Of a stretch of DNA of 64,000 bases, positions 12,671 through 26,137 are shown piece by piece. Under the pieces are notes generated by a model that was not told the DNA's origin, searched no databases, and worked only from the letters and a program-made list of their open reading frames with translations. The position numbers were made by a program, and so were the translations under genes. Source of the DNA: the human T2T-CHM13v2.0 reference genome, Homo sapiens; the NCBI RefSeq assembly GCF_009914755.1, contig NC_060931.1; one strand, 5' to 3'. Each line of letters starts with the position of its first letter. The first letter of the stretch is position 1.

Positions 12671-13099
12671 TGCTCTCCTCCAATTTGATTGCTTTGCCTG
12701 GTGACCAGTAAGTAAGTTCTTTTGATTACCAAATATCATTAATTAGATATCAACTTTTAAACTATTTATTATTATTTGGGTTTGTAAGGAGAATTGCCCT
12801 AATATTAAACTTATTACATGTACTAAGTATTATGTACAATTGGGTATACTGGCAAATGTGTTAAAAGAGAGTGTAGGAACTGCTTTATGTAGCAGATTAC
12901 TTCCTAAGTTTTACCTTATGTGAATATTCTTAAGAACTATTGTTTATTTGAAATGTTAGTCTGTGTTTTAATTTTGCATATACATGACATTTATTTGTTT
13001 AGAAATTGGACAAAACATAGGCCTTTTTGTGAACAAAGAGTTCAGAAATACCTTAGGTTCTGATTTTATTCATTTTCTTTTTTTTTTTATTTTATTCAT

Positions 13100-13580
13100 G
13101 TTCTAAGCTGCTTGTTCACAAATAACTACAAATTTAGCTGTTCTAAGCAACACATTTATTACCTCGCAATTTCTATGGGTCAAGAGGCTGGGCACAACTT
13201 AGCTGTGTCCTCTGTAAGACTGCAGTCAAAGTGTTGGCCAGGGCTGGGTTGTTATGTAGAGACTCAACTGGGGAAAGGTCTGCCCCCAGACTTCCTTGGG
13301 TTATTGGCTGAATTTATTTCCTTGTGTCTGTTTGGTTCAGAGCAGCTTGCTTCTTCAAAGTCAGCAAAGGAAGAGAGTCTATCAAAGGTGAACTGGTGCT
13401 ATGTTCTTACATAATCGTGTACATGTAATCACATACAACCCATTGCCTTTGCTGTATTTCATTGATTAGAAGCAAGTCATAGGTCCAGTTCACGTGCAAG
13501 GGGAGGGAATTATACAAAGGTTTAAACACCAGGAAGTGTAGGAATCAAGAATAGTCACATCAATTCTGTCTGCCACATGG
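13100..13580. mobile_element. MLT1-type MaLR LTR
   Basis: CACATTTATT..TTCTATGGGTCAAGAG..GCACAACTTAGCTG..TGCAGTCAA motifs, ending TCTGCCACA. Confidence 0.6.
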
Positions 13581-14836
13581 ATTATAGACTTAGATTGACA
13601 GCTGAACATGCAACTTTTTTTTAAAACTCAGTTTTTATTTACTTTTAAAAAGTTGTACTAATGCATATGGTAAGTATAGTATTAATAAACATGAATTGAG
13701 CCCCTTTTAGGGGCTGGGCATTGTAGATATTCAGGGTTTAAATGTGGGGCTTCTTTATGCACTGCTCAACTCTCCATTGAATTTGAGAGATGGATATGTG
13801 TGATCATTATACAGTGCAACAAATTCAGTAATAGAACTGTTAACAAAATGCTTCGTGAAGTATCTTTGTCTAGGCTAGTCAAAAAATGCTTCACAGAGGA
13901 GGGTACATTTGAACTGTAGTTTGAAGGATTTAGAAGTTTTATGGAGAGAGGGCACTGTAGACTAAAGAAAAATCCACAAAAGCTTGGGTTTTGATAGGGC
14001 ATACTGAAAAGTTAAATATGTCTGGACTGTAGGGTGCATAGAGGAATGATGAGCACCTGAAGCTAGAAAAATAGAAAGTGGAGCCAGTTGAAGGATTTTA
14101 TAGTGCTGTAGGTTTGTTTTATCTAATGAAGTTTGAAAGCAGGGGGAGTATCATGATTAGGCCATTGGGCACAATTAACATTCGTAGTTTACATGGATGG
14201 CAACCTTCTCTAGTGGTGCAGACTTCAGGCTGTATGCAGCAACCCTGATCAGGATTCAGTTCTTAAGGAGGAGAGTGTGATAGCAGGAGGATAAGTTAGG
14301 ATTCTTTTAGAATATAACTGATAGAAGATGCCTACGTTGAAAAGATGGCATTGGTGAGGGAGAAGAAAAGTTAGATTTGATTGAGATTTCTAAGGTAGAA
14401 CTGATAGAATTGAGAACCTGGGTACACAGTGATGTCTTTAACCAGTATTAAAGATGAAAATAACAAGTTTTAGGAAATGATAATGAGTTCCTTTTAGGCC
14501 TGTTAAATTTGAGTGGCTATAGGATTTCCATCTGGATAGAAGTATCCTTTAAGTGGCTGGAAACATGAGTCTCTAATTCAGGATATTACAAAAAACTGAG
14601 AAATCAAATTGCAGGATATAAATGATTCCAGAAAGTGGATAAGATTACTAAGGGATGAATATAGATTGACGAAGGACAAGGATGGAATCCAGAGGAGCAA
14701 GTATTTTAAGAGACAGGGAGAGGAAGAGGCCAGCAGTTAGAATTCAACCAGAGGGAAAGGAAGTTTTTTAAAACCTTTTTTTTTTTAATTATAAAAATAA
14801 TACCTGTTCACTAGAGAAAAACTGACATACAGAAAA

Positions 14837-15171
<335 letters not shown>

Positions 15172-15489
15172 TTAATGTCTTTTATATATGTATTTGTTTT
15201 AGACACAAAATTTGGAACATTCATTTTTATATTGTTTTGATTTTAACCTTTCTGATGTTCTAATACGAAGTTTTAAAGCTACACATTTTCCTCCAAGAAT
15301 TGCTTTACCTGAATCCCACTGATTTTGAAGAGTTCTTGTTAACATTCAGTGAAAAATGTATTTTAATTTCCCATATGATTTCTTCTTGATCCATGGGTTA
15401 CATATTCTTTGATAACGTGCTCTTTCCATTTCCACCAGTTTCTAACATCACATTAAAATTTTTTATAACATAATTTTTAATTATTACCC

Positions 15490-16270
15490 AGTATTCCAAA
15501 AATCACTCAAATGTTTAATGAGGACCCGCTCTTCCAAACACTATTCTGGGAATACAGCAGTGAAGAAATAAGATAAAAATCCCTGCTTTTAGGGGCCTTA
15601 TTATTCTATTTGGGAGAGATAGTAAACAAACAAGTAAAATACATAGTGTGTTAGGGCATTGAGTGTAATGGAAAAAAATGGAGTGCAAAGGCTGATAGAG
15701 ATTATGGGGTGGAGGCCTATCTATAGTTGCTATTTTAAATCGGGTTTTAAGGATGACCTCACTGACAAGGTGACAATTCAAGCAGAAAGTGAAGGAGAAA
15801 GCCATGAGGATCTCTGGGGGAAAAACATATTCAGGCACAGGGAGCAGTAACTGTAAAAGCCCTGAGGCATGAGTGTACCTGATATGTAGGTTTACTACAG
15901 CTGGAGTGCAGAGGGGTATACAAGATGAGAGCATAGTGGGGTGGCATGAGGTTGGGACAGAATCATAAACTGCCTCATAACCACTGACCTGTGGTTTGCG
16001 GCTTTTGTTTTAAAGAGGGATGGGGAGACACTGGAGTATTTTCGTGCAGAGGATAGACATAATCTGACTTGGGTTTTAAAGGATCACTCTGGCTATTGTG
16101 TGAGGTGTCAAGAGTCAGCAAGGAGGCAAAAATCCAGATGAAAGATAACAGTGGTTTGGACTGGGTGGCAGTGCTGGAGGTGCTAAGCAGTGGCCAGATT
16201 CTGGATATCCCGTGTTTTGAAGATAGAGCCACCTGGATTAGATGTGGAGGTATGAGAGAAAATGAAGAGT
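15490..16270 (-). mobile_element. L2 fragment
   Basis: CTGGGAATACAGCAGTGAA, TTTTAAAGGATCACTCTGGCT motifs. Boundaries approximate. Confidence 0.65.
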
Positions 16271-16333
16271 CTAGGATTTACCTGGTTGTTCCTTATAGCT
16301 GAGCATTTAGTTTGTTTGGTACAGTTATAATAA

Positions 16334-16738
<405 letters not shown>

Positions 16739-17523
16739 TGATCTTTATTGCCAAATTGCTCATTAGAAATGGAAACAGCTTCTAGCAAGGTATAATCTTT
16801 AGGACTATGAAAAATTTTTTAACCAATAAAAGCTTGTGAGGTTTTTGATATTTATAAGTGCAGATTGGTAGATATATTTCGAGTAATATCACCTGTCAGA
16901 GTCATTATTTCATTCAGGGCTCTTTTTTTTTAGCAACGAAAAGATTTAGTGTGTCAGAAAATTATAGGTATATTCAGTCATTTGAATTTCATAAGTTCTG
17001 ACCATGTGGAATATCCTAATTTTTGCTTGAATTGTGATTAGTGTGTAATAGTTCTTTAATTTACCTATTTACATATGAGCTGAGGAAAAAAAAGAACAAA
17101 GAAGCCATATATACATAATGGGTTATTTATTATGTGTAATATGTTTCAGAGAGCCAGTGCTCAGTTGAACAATAAATTTTTCTATTTTTGTTGGTTTTTA
17201 ATTTTTTTCTACTGTTACCTCTGTTGTGTTCTGTCTCATTTTGTAAAGTTAATTTTGTTCTTTCTCCTAGCTTCTTAGTTCTTTTATTTTTTATTTATCA
17301 TTTTTTAATGATAAAAGCGTTTAAGGCTGTTTACTTCTCGTTAACATGTAGTCACTTCCCATAGCTTTGGATACTTACCGTTTTCATTGTCATTGAGTAC
17401 ACATTTTTTATCTTTTAAAAGTCAGTTCTATCGAGGAATAATCATGTTAACTGCATTTTGATATTTTCTTTTACTTGAAAGTTATTTTAAAGTGTGGCTT
17501 TATTGTGGTTATCCTTACTACTA

Positions 17524-17878
<355 letters not shown>

Positions 17879-18048
17879 TCAGAGAATCTTAAGTCTTTCA
17901 GTTGTAAAGGATAGAAGCATAACTCAAAATAGCATTAGGTGGAAACACTATATATTGTTTCAAATTATTGAAAAGGATCCTAGGGTAACTTAGAGAATTG
18001 AAGGAACAAATGCAGGAACCAAGGCCCCTGGAGCTGAAATTTGGACAG

Positions 18049-18072
18049 GGAGAGAGGGAGGGAGGGAGAGAG

Positions 18073-18106
<34 letters not shown>

Positions 18107-18135
18107 TGTGTGTGTGTCTTTGTGTCTGTGTGTGT
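18049..18135. repeat. Compound (GA)n(GT)n microsatellite
   Basis: Direct reading. Confidence 0.9.
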
Positions 18136-18470
18136 CTGGGATTACAGCTGTCAGCTACTGCCCCCAGGCCCCAGTATGGGCCTTCTTTAAGCTGGGGCCT
18201 TGAGACTCTCTGTACTTCCAACTACATGCAGTCTTACAGGCCTGAAAGGAGTACCTTTCTCTACCTCCAGCAGAAAGGACTCAGATTAGCTCAGTTTGAG
18301 TTCTGCGTCTGTCCATAAATTAACGAAAGCAGAAATGGGATGCACTTTATGTCCAGGCTGTATTCTGTTATTGTGGGGAAGAGTTTAAGTCTTCAAGTCA
18401 TGTTTCTTGGGCTGACCTTAAGCAAGTTTCTTAGTTCCTCTGTACCCCCATTTTCTCATCTCTAGAATCA

Positions 18471-18767
18471 GGCCAGGTGCATTGGCTTGCACCTGTAACC
18501 CCAGCACTCTAGGAGGCCCAAGGGGGGCGATTGCTTGAGCTCAGGAATTTGAGGTCAGCCTGGGCAACATGGTGAAACCCAGGTTCTAGCAAAAATACGA
18601 AAATTAGCCAGGTGTGGTGGTGCATGCCTGTAGTCCCAGCTACTCCAGAGGCTGAAGCAGGAGGATCACTTGAACCTAGGAGGCTGAGGTTGCGGTTAGC
18701 CAGGATTGCACCACTGCACTCCAGCCTGGGCGACGGAATGAGACTCTGTCTCAAAACAAAACAAAAA
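18471..18767 (+). mobile_element. AluJ-like, inserted in a MIR
   Basis: GATTGCTTGAGCTCAGGAATTTGAG and GGAGGATCACTTGA; MIR-like flanks. Confidence 0.88.
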
Positions 18768-20902
18768 CCTGCTTTTGTAGTATTATGAGGGTTAAAGTAG
18801 TCCACATACTTCATACCTTTATGCTTTTAACTATTGAAGGAACCTCTTCAATGAATGAAAAAATTAAAACATCCAAGATTTATGCCGCATTTCCAGTCTC
18901 ACCCTCCTCAGAATGACCATGTGCTTTACTCTGATACCGTATTCCTTTCTCTTCCCAACTGATCAGACTTTGCAAAAACAATCCAGTTTTCATTATTTTT
19001 AGAATGTATCTTTCTTATATTTACAAAATTCTCCCCTGAACATTTGAATTGAGTTTTTCAGCACATTTACTATGCCAAACACATGGTAAAAACTTTGTAA
19101 ATATTGAATGTTTCCCAAAATGTATTTGATAACTACACTATTATGTTGTAAGATGATTATTATCAGAATTATTGCTGTGTTTAAATTATGTATAAAAATG
19201 TATTGCTCTAGAAGGAAGTGGTAGGCTATGTTTTTATTTGTATAATGTAAATATAGGTAAATTAATTTTTGAACCAAATAGGTATAATGTAGATTATACA
19301 AATGGAGACAGTTATAAAATTGCCTTAGAAGTAAAATTATACTGTGCTTATAGCTCTTTTATAACCATTTGAATGTGTTACAAAGTGTTATCAATGTGAG
19401 TGTGTTTTGTGGGCGGTTGGAGATGGTTGGAAGGATGGTTGATAAGGTAGGTCAGTGTTTTCATTAAGTGTGTGCTGCTGCTTCAGGGCAGAGGCTGAAA
19501 AACTTAGATTTTTTTTAGTTACATGATTTACTACATCTCAGGCAACCTGGATGACTTGGCATTTACTAAAGCAATTCACTGCTTTGCTGGTGCTTCAGCA
19601 CCCTTCAGTCTGACAGCCCTGAAGTCTTGATTTGTAATTCTCCATATTTCCTATCATAGCACTTCTTCAAAAACAGCATATCTGGTCACCTTGAAATGTC
19701 AGTTCCTTAATAACTCCTTTTGTCCACTCTTCCTCCACCTTACCATACACAGAGTTCTTTGGAGGATTGCCATTAGTTTCTTTAAAACAGAATAACTAAA
19801 ATTAAGAATATTTAATATTATTGGCCACTTTAAGTGTCTTTATAAATATTGAACTAATACAGTTACTTTCATATAGTAATTTATGTGTTAGGAAAGTTAC
19901 TTCATAAGCACTATCTCTTTTGAGTCTATGTCATAAGAAGTCGGTGGTAGAGTAGATAATTTTTTTAGCTATTATCTGGAGATGAGACTCAGAAGTTAGA
20001 TCAACCACTTGTAGTATTTTAAGTGTGAGTTATTCTGTATTTTAGTTGTGAAGTGTACAGAATCTAATTAGCTTTTAATAATTCAGAGTCCTTTTCACAC
20101 TTGGCTGCTTTTCTTTTCCTGTACAATTTTGTGTTTTCTCTTTTGTCTTTTAAAAATTTGTTAGTTAAAAAAAACTGTTTAGTTTTACAACCCTCCCTCA
20201 TTTGTATAAATCTCCTCTCAGATTATTCATATAATGAGTATTGCCTGAATTTCATTTTCTTGTTAAAGTCTCTTTTGAGACCCTCTGACCTACCCTGTTC
20301 TGAAATGATTATCCTATGAGATCCCTCTTTGTTCATCATCATCTTGGAAATTGTATTTGCCTGCTACTCTCTTATGTTCAGTTTCCTGGTTCCTTGAATT
20401 TATGTGTCTTCTTTCTTGATGTTCTCCATTGTTTTTAGTTGATATAATCTCATAGTTCCTACTGAGAAAGAATATGTGTAAGGTAAAATTTTTTTGAGGC
20501 TTCCATTCCTGAAAATATTTTATTTCTGCCCTCATTTTTGATTAGTACTTTGACTTGATATAGAATTCTAGGTTGAAGTTATTTTCCCTGAGAATTTAAA
20601 ATGTGTTGCCTTGTTGCTTCTGGCTTCTAGTGTTGCTGTTGAGCACATAGATGTCATTATGGTTTTTGATCCTTTGTATGAAAATTTCATTATTACATGC
20701 CATGGGAGGGAACTCTTTTCATTCATTGTGCAACATATTTGGTAGGCTCTTTGAGTCAGCTGCTTTCTGTGATTTTTTTTTTTTTTGCCATTTTTTTCTT
20801 TGATGATTTAGATGTTGTACACCTAGAGTAATCCTTTGCTTTTTCTTTTTTCTCTTCAATTTTTTTATGTCTTTGGTTTTTGTTCTTTTTTTCTTTTGAG
20901 GG

Positions 20903-21068
20903 ATTTATTTATTTAATTAAAGACAAGGTCTTGAGGCTCTGTCACCTAGGTTGGAGTATAGTCATGTGATCCTAGCTCACTGCAGCCTTAAACTCCTGGG
21001 CTCAAGTGATCCTCCTGCCTCAGCCTCTTGAGTAGTTGGGATTACAGGTGCATGCCACCATGCCCAGA
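20903..21068 (-). mobile_element. Alu monomer/half (AluJ/FRAM-like) within antisense L1M
   Basis: CTCCTGGGCTCAAGTGATCCTCCTGCCTCAGCC. Confidence 0.8.
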
Positions 21069-22212
21069 TAGGGACTTTTAAAAATGTGATCTTATAACTC
21101 TTTTGTCAGTTTTTATTTGTTTCTGTAATTTTAATTTTTAACTTAATTTTTAATGTTTTTTAAAATTTCTGAGGTCTTTAAAAAAATAATGTTTTTTTCA
21201 TATATTCCATTTTTGTTTTGTGGGTACAATATCTTTTTCTAAGAATATTACTGATGCGTATTTACATGTGCATCTGTTTGTGTATAAGTCTATATATGTA
21301 TGTGTATGTATATATATGTATGTGTATGCTTTGTTCCCTTTCCTGATGACTCAGTTTCTTCCCACTTGCTTTTTCTGTTTGTTTGGCTTCATTCTTTTGT
21401 TAGATATTTTCTTTAAATGTTTGGTGATCTTTGGCCTACTCCTGATACTTTTAAAGTGGGGGGCACTAAAAAGCAAATTGGAAGCTCTCTGTGCATGTAA
21501 TGTCCTCTGTCTGGGCCATTTTCTTAGGAATATTACTGTCTTTTCTCTTGGGCTGGTCATATTTTCCAGAAATGGCTTTTCTTGCCTGGAAGACACAATC
21601 GTTTCTGCTAGTGGTCTAGGAGCAGAGTAAGAATAAGATTGAGAGTCTTAATACTCAAAGTGATACTTTCATTTAATCTCCATATTTAGTATCAATACAG
21701 GACCTCTGCCTTCAGCTATTCCTGTTGTCTGCAAGTCTAGAAACTTTTCCCTCTCCTAATAACAAATTTGTAGTAGAGTGCCAGGGTTGGGGTTGCTTAG
21801 CTGCTGCAAGTCAGGGAGGACAACTGGGAGATCTCACGGCTTCCACACAGACTGGCGATGAATCTTTCTCTTTTAGGCCTGCCTTCACCCCTGCTTCCAG
21901 AGATATCTTGTGCTTGCCAATTCTTGTGCCTGCTGTAAAGCAGTTTGCTTCTCTGCTTTCCTAGTTCTGCAGTGAAAATTATTACTCATTAATTTTCTTT
22001 CCAGAGTCTAAAGGTACTGCTTTTTATTTCATCTTCTTGAATTTTTTATAGGCGTATTCCCTTTAAAAATTACATTTTTATCATTTTAGTAGGATGTTTG
22101 GACTGAGCGGAAACTAATGAATGTGTACAACTAATTATCTTTACTTAGAAGTTTTCTTTTTTTAATTGCAGAAGAAATAAGAATTCGCTCCTATAAAAAT
22201 TTAGATGATGCA

Positions 22213-22503
<291 letters not shown>

Positions 22504-22594
22504 TCAGATCATTCAAAAAAAGTGAAAGTCACTTTCAGTCCTCTGGTATGAACATGTTCAACTAGTCCTCTAAGGAATCTAATGGTTTTCAAGC

Positions 22595-22870
22595 TTTTTT
22601 TTTCTTTTTTTTGAGACAGAGTCTCACTCTGTTGCCCAGGCTAGAGTGCAGTGGCACCATCTCGGTTTACTGCAACCTGTCTCCTGGGTTCAAGCAATTC
22701 TCCTGTCTCAGCCCCCCAAGTGGCTGAGATTACAGGTGTGTACCACCATGCTTGGCTAATTTTTGTATTTTTAGTAGAGACAGGGTTTTACCATGTTGGC
22801 CAGGCTGGTCTCGAACTCCTGACCTCAGGTGATCTGCCTGCCTCGGCCTCCCAAAGTGCTGGAATAAAGG
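22595..22870 (-). mobile_element. AluS, lacking its extreme 5' end
   Basis: Poly-T plus antisense Alu that stops at CCCAAAGTGCTGGAATAAAGG. Confidence 0.9.
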
Positions 22871-23050
22871 AACTGTGTATTAACATGTTAACAATTCATA
22901 ACTGCACTTCTTATGACATTTTGAAAATCTATGTATAGTTACAGAACAATGGGTTTTGTTAAACTATCACATTTATACTTGCAGAAATTATTTCATCATT
23001 ATTAGTAGGAATTTTATTGGTTCAATAAAATTGGCAAAACTGAAAAAAAA

Positions 23051-23373
23051 TAGAAATTTATATCTTACAATTCTGGAGTCTAAGAATTCTGGAGTCCAAG
23101 AAAGTCCAAGATCAAGGCGCTAGCAGATTTAGTGTCTGGTGAAGACTGCTCTCCACTTCCAAGACGGTGCCTTGATGTTGCATCTTCTGAAGGAGAGGAA
23201 CACCGTGTCCTCACATGGCAGATAGTAGAAGAGTAAGAGAGCTTTAGTCACACTCATGAGGGGGGAGTCCTCATGGCCTACTCACCTCTTGCAGGTCCCA
23301 TCTCTTAATACTATCACATTGGCCATTAAGTTTCAACACCTGAATTTTGGAGGGGACACATTCAAACCATAGC
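23051..23373 (-). mobile_element. MLT1A-like MaLR LTR, truncated at its left end
   Basis: AGAAATTTAT..TTCTGGAG..AAGTCCAAGATCAAGG..GGGGACACATTCAAACCATAGCA; the terminal TGT..TTAGTCC part is missing. Confidence 0.75.
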
Positions 23374-23846
23374 AGTGCCCACTGGCATTTCTGGATTGCC
23401 AGCCTCTTTAACTCCAAATCTGAGAAAATGAGGCACAAAGAGAGCCCATGGAACTCATAACCATGTTATTCTTTGGGTCTCAAGTCTGTCTTCTCTCTAC
23501 TTTTCAGAGTCTTCTTATGTTTGATTTGTATATAACTCAAAGGGTTTTCAGTTGTACTTCAAGGGAGTAATCAGGAAAAGTACATCCACTCCGTCTTCCC
23601 AATAGCAAACATTTGTATTACTTAAATATTTATATATCGTATAGGCAAGAGAGAAGGCAATGCTGTGAGGGAAATGTATGGCACTAAAATGAATATGTTA
23701 GAAAAGAGGAAAAAAATCAATAATCTAAGCGTCCAGTTAGGAACCTAGGAAAAAAAGAGCAAAATAAACTGAAAGCCAGTAGAATCAAGGAAATAATAAA
23801 GAGTAGAAATCAATGAAATTGAAAATAGAAAAATAATAGAGAAAGC

Positions 23847-24298
23847 TGTATTAGTCTTTTTTACATTGCTATAAAGAAATACCCGAGGACTGGGTAGTTT
23901 AGAAAGAAAAGAGGTTTATTTTTGCTCATGGTTCTGCAGACCGTACAAGAAGCATGCATGGTACCAGCATCTGCTTCTGGTGAAGACCTTAGGAAGCTTA
24001 TAATCATGGTGGAAGGCGAAGGGGGAGCAAACAAGAGAAAGAAAGTTTCCAGTGGGGAGGGGGCAGGTCAAGACAGAGGGAGCAAGAGAGAGACGAGTGA
24101 GGTCCCAGATTCTCTTAACAATCAGATCTCACATAAACTTACAGAGGGAGAACTCCCTTATTACTGTGGGGTGGGAACCACGTCATTCATGAGGATTCCA
24201 CCCCCATGACCCAAACACCTCCCACTAGATCCCAGCTGCAACACTAGAGATCACTTTTCAACATGAGATTTGGAGGGAACAAATATCTAACTATATGA
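23847..24298 (-). mobile_element. MST-type solo LTR inserted in L1
   Basis: TGTATTAGTC...CTATATGA, with TSD AAAGC on both sides. Confidence 0.85.
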
Positions 24299-25805
24299 AA
24301 AGCCAAGGGAAAAAAGGAGCTGGTTCTTCAAAAAGGTCAATAAAGTTGACAAACCTCTAGCAAGACTGACAAAAAAAGAGAAGACACGAATTATCCATAT
24401 CCATGTCAATGAAACAGGGGCTATCACTGCAGACTCTGCATACATCAAAAAGATAATAAGGGAATACTGTAAACAACTCTACACACTTAAATTTATCAAT
24501 TTAGATGGAATATACCAATTCCTTGAAAAACTCAAACTATTGCCATAAATAAAATCAATATAAAATAGATCATTTAAATATTTCTATAACTATTAAGAAC
24601 TTGAATTCAAATGTAGAAATTCTTCAAAAAGAAATCTCTAGACCCAGGTATTTTCACTAGAGACTTCTGCTAGAGGTTTAAGCAATCATTAACATCAATT
24701 CTATACAATCTCTTCTGGAAAAGAGAAGAGGAAACACTTCCCAATTCTTTACCTCAAACTATTATTACCTTGATACTAAAACCAACAAAGTACCAACAGT
24801 ATCAAAACAAAGTAAACTTCAGACTAATATCCCTTGTGAATATAAACACAAAATTCCTAAACAAAATTGCAAAAATAGATTTCAATAATATATTAATTAT
24901 ATACCATGACCAAATGAGGTTTTCTTCCAGGGATGCAAGGCTGTTTCAATATTCAAATACATCATATTACATGTTAACAGGCAAAATAAGAAAAATCACA
25001 TAATCATATAAATTGGTACAGAAAAAAAATTTGAAAGAATTCAATACCCATTCATGGTAAGAACTCTCAGGAAAAAAAAGAAATAAAAGGGAGATTTTCT
25101 CAACTGTGTAAAAATCACGTGCAAAGAACTTGTGGCTAACATTGTGCTTAATGATTAAATACTGATGCTTTCTCCTAAGGCTGACAACAAGGCATGTATG
25201 TTCACATTCACCACTTATTAAACACAGTGCTAAAAGTTTTAGTGCAAAAGGCAAATAATGGAAATAAAAAGCATACAGATTAAAAAGTAAGAAATAAAAC
25301 TGTCCCTATTTGCCCATGCCAGAACTATGTAAAAAATCCCAACAAATCTAAAACAACAACAAAAAGATAACCACAACAAAATTCGTAGAACAAGTGAGTT
25401 CAGCAAAGTTGCGTGATAAAACATAAAAAATGTATTTTATGTGCTAATGATGGACACCAAAATTAAAACTATAATTCTATGACATGAAAAACTTAAATGT
25501 ATATCTAGCAAAATACATATAAGACTTAGATGATCAAAACTATACAATGCTGATGAAAGGAATCAAAGGTGATCTAAATAAATGAAGAGATATACCATGT
25601 TCATAAACTGGAAGATTCAGTAAAGATGTCAGTTCTTCCAAAATTGATTTACAAATTTAATGCAATTCTTATCAAAGTCCCAACAAGATTTTTGTAGATA
25701 TAGCATGTTGTAAAATATATATGAAAAGGCAAAAAAGAACCTAGCCAAACCAATTTTGGAAAAGAATAAAGTAGGAGGAATCAGGCTACTTGCTTCTAAG
25801 ACTTA

Positions 25806-26137
<332 letters not shown>

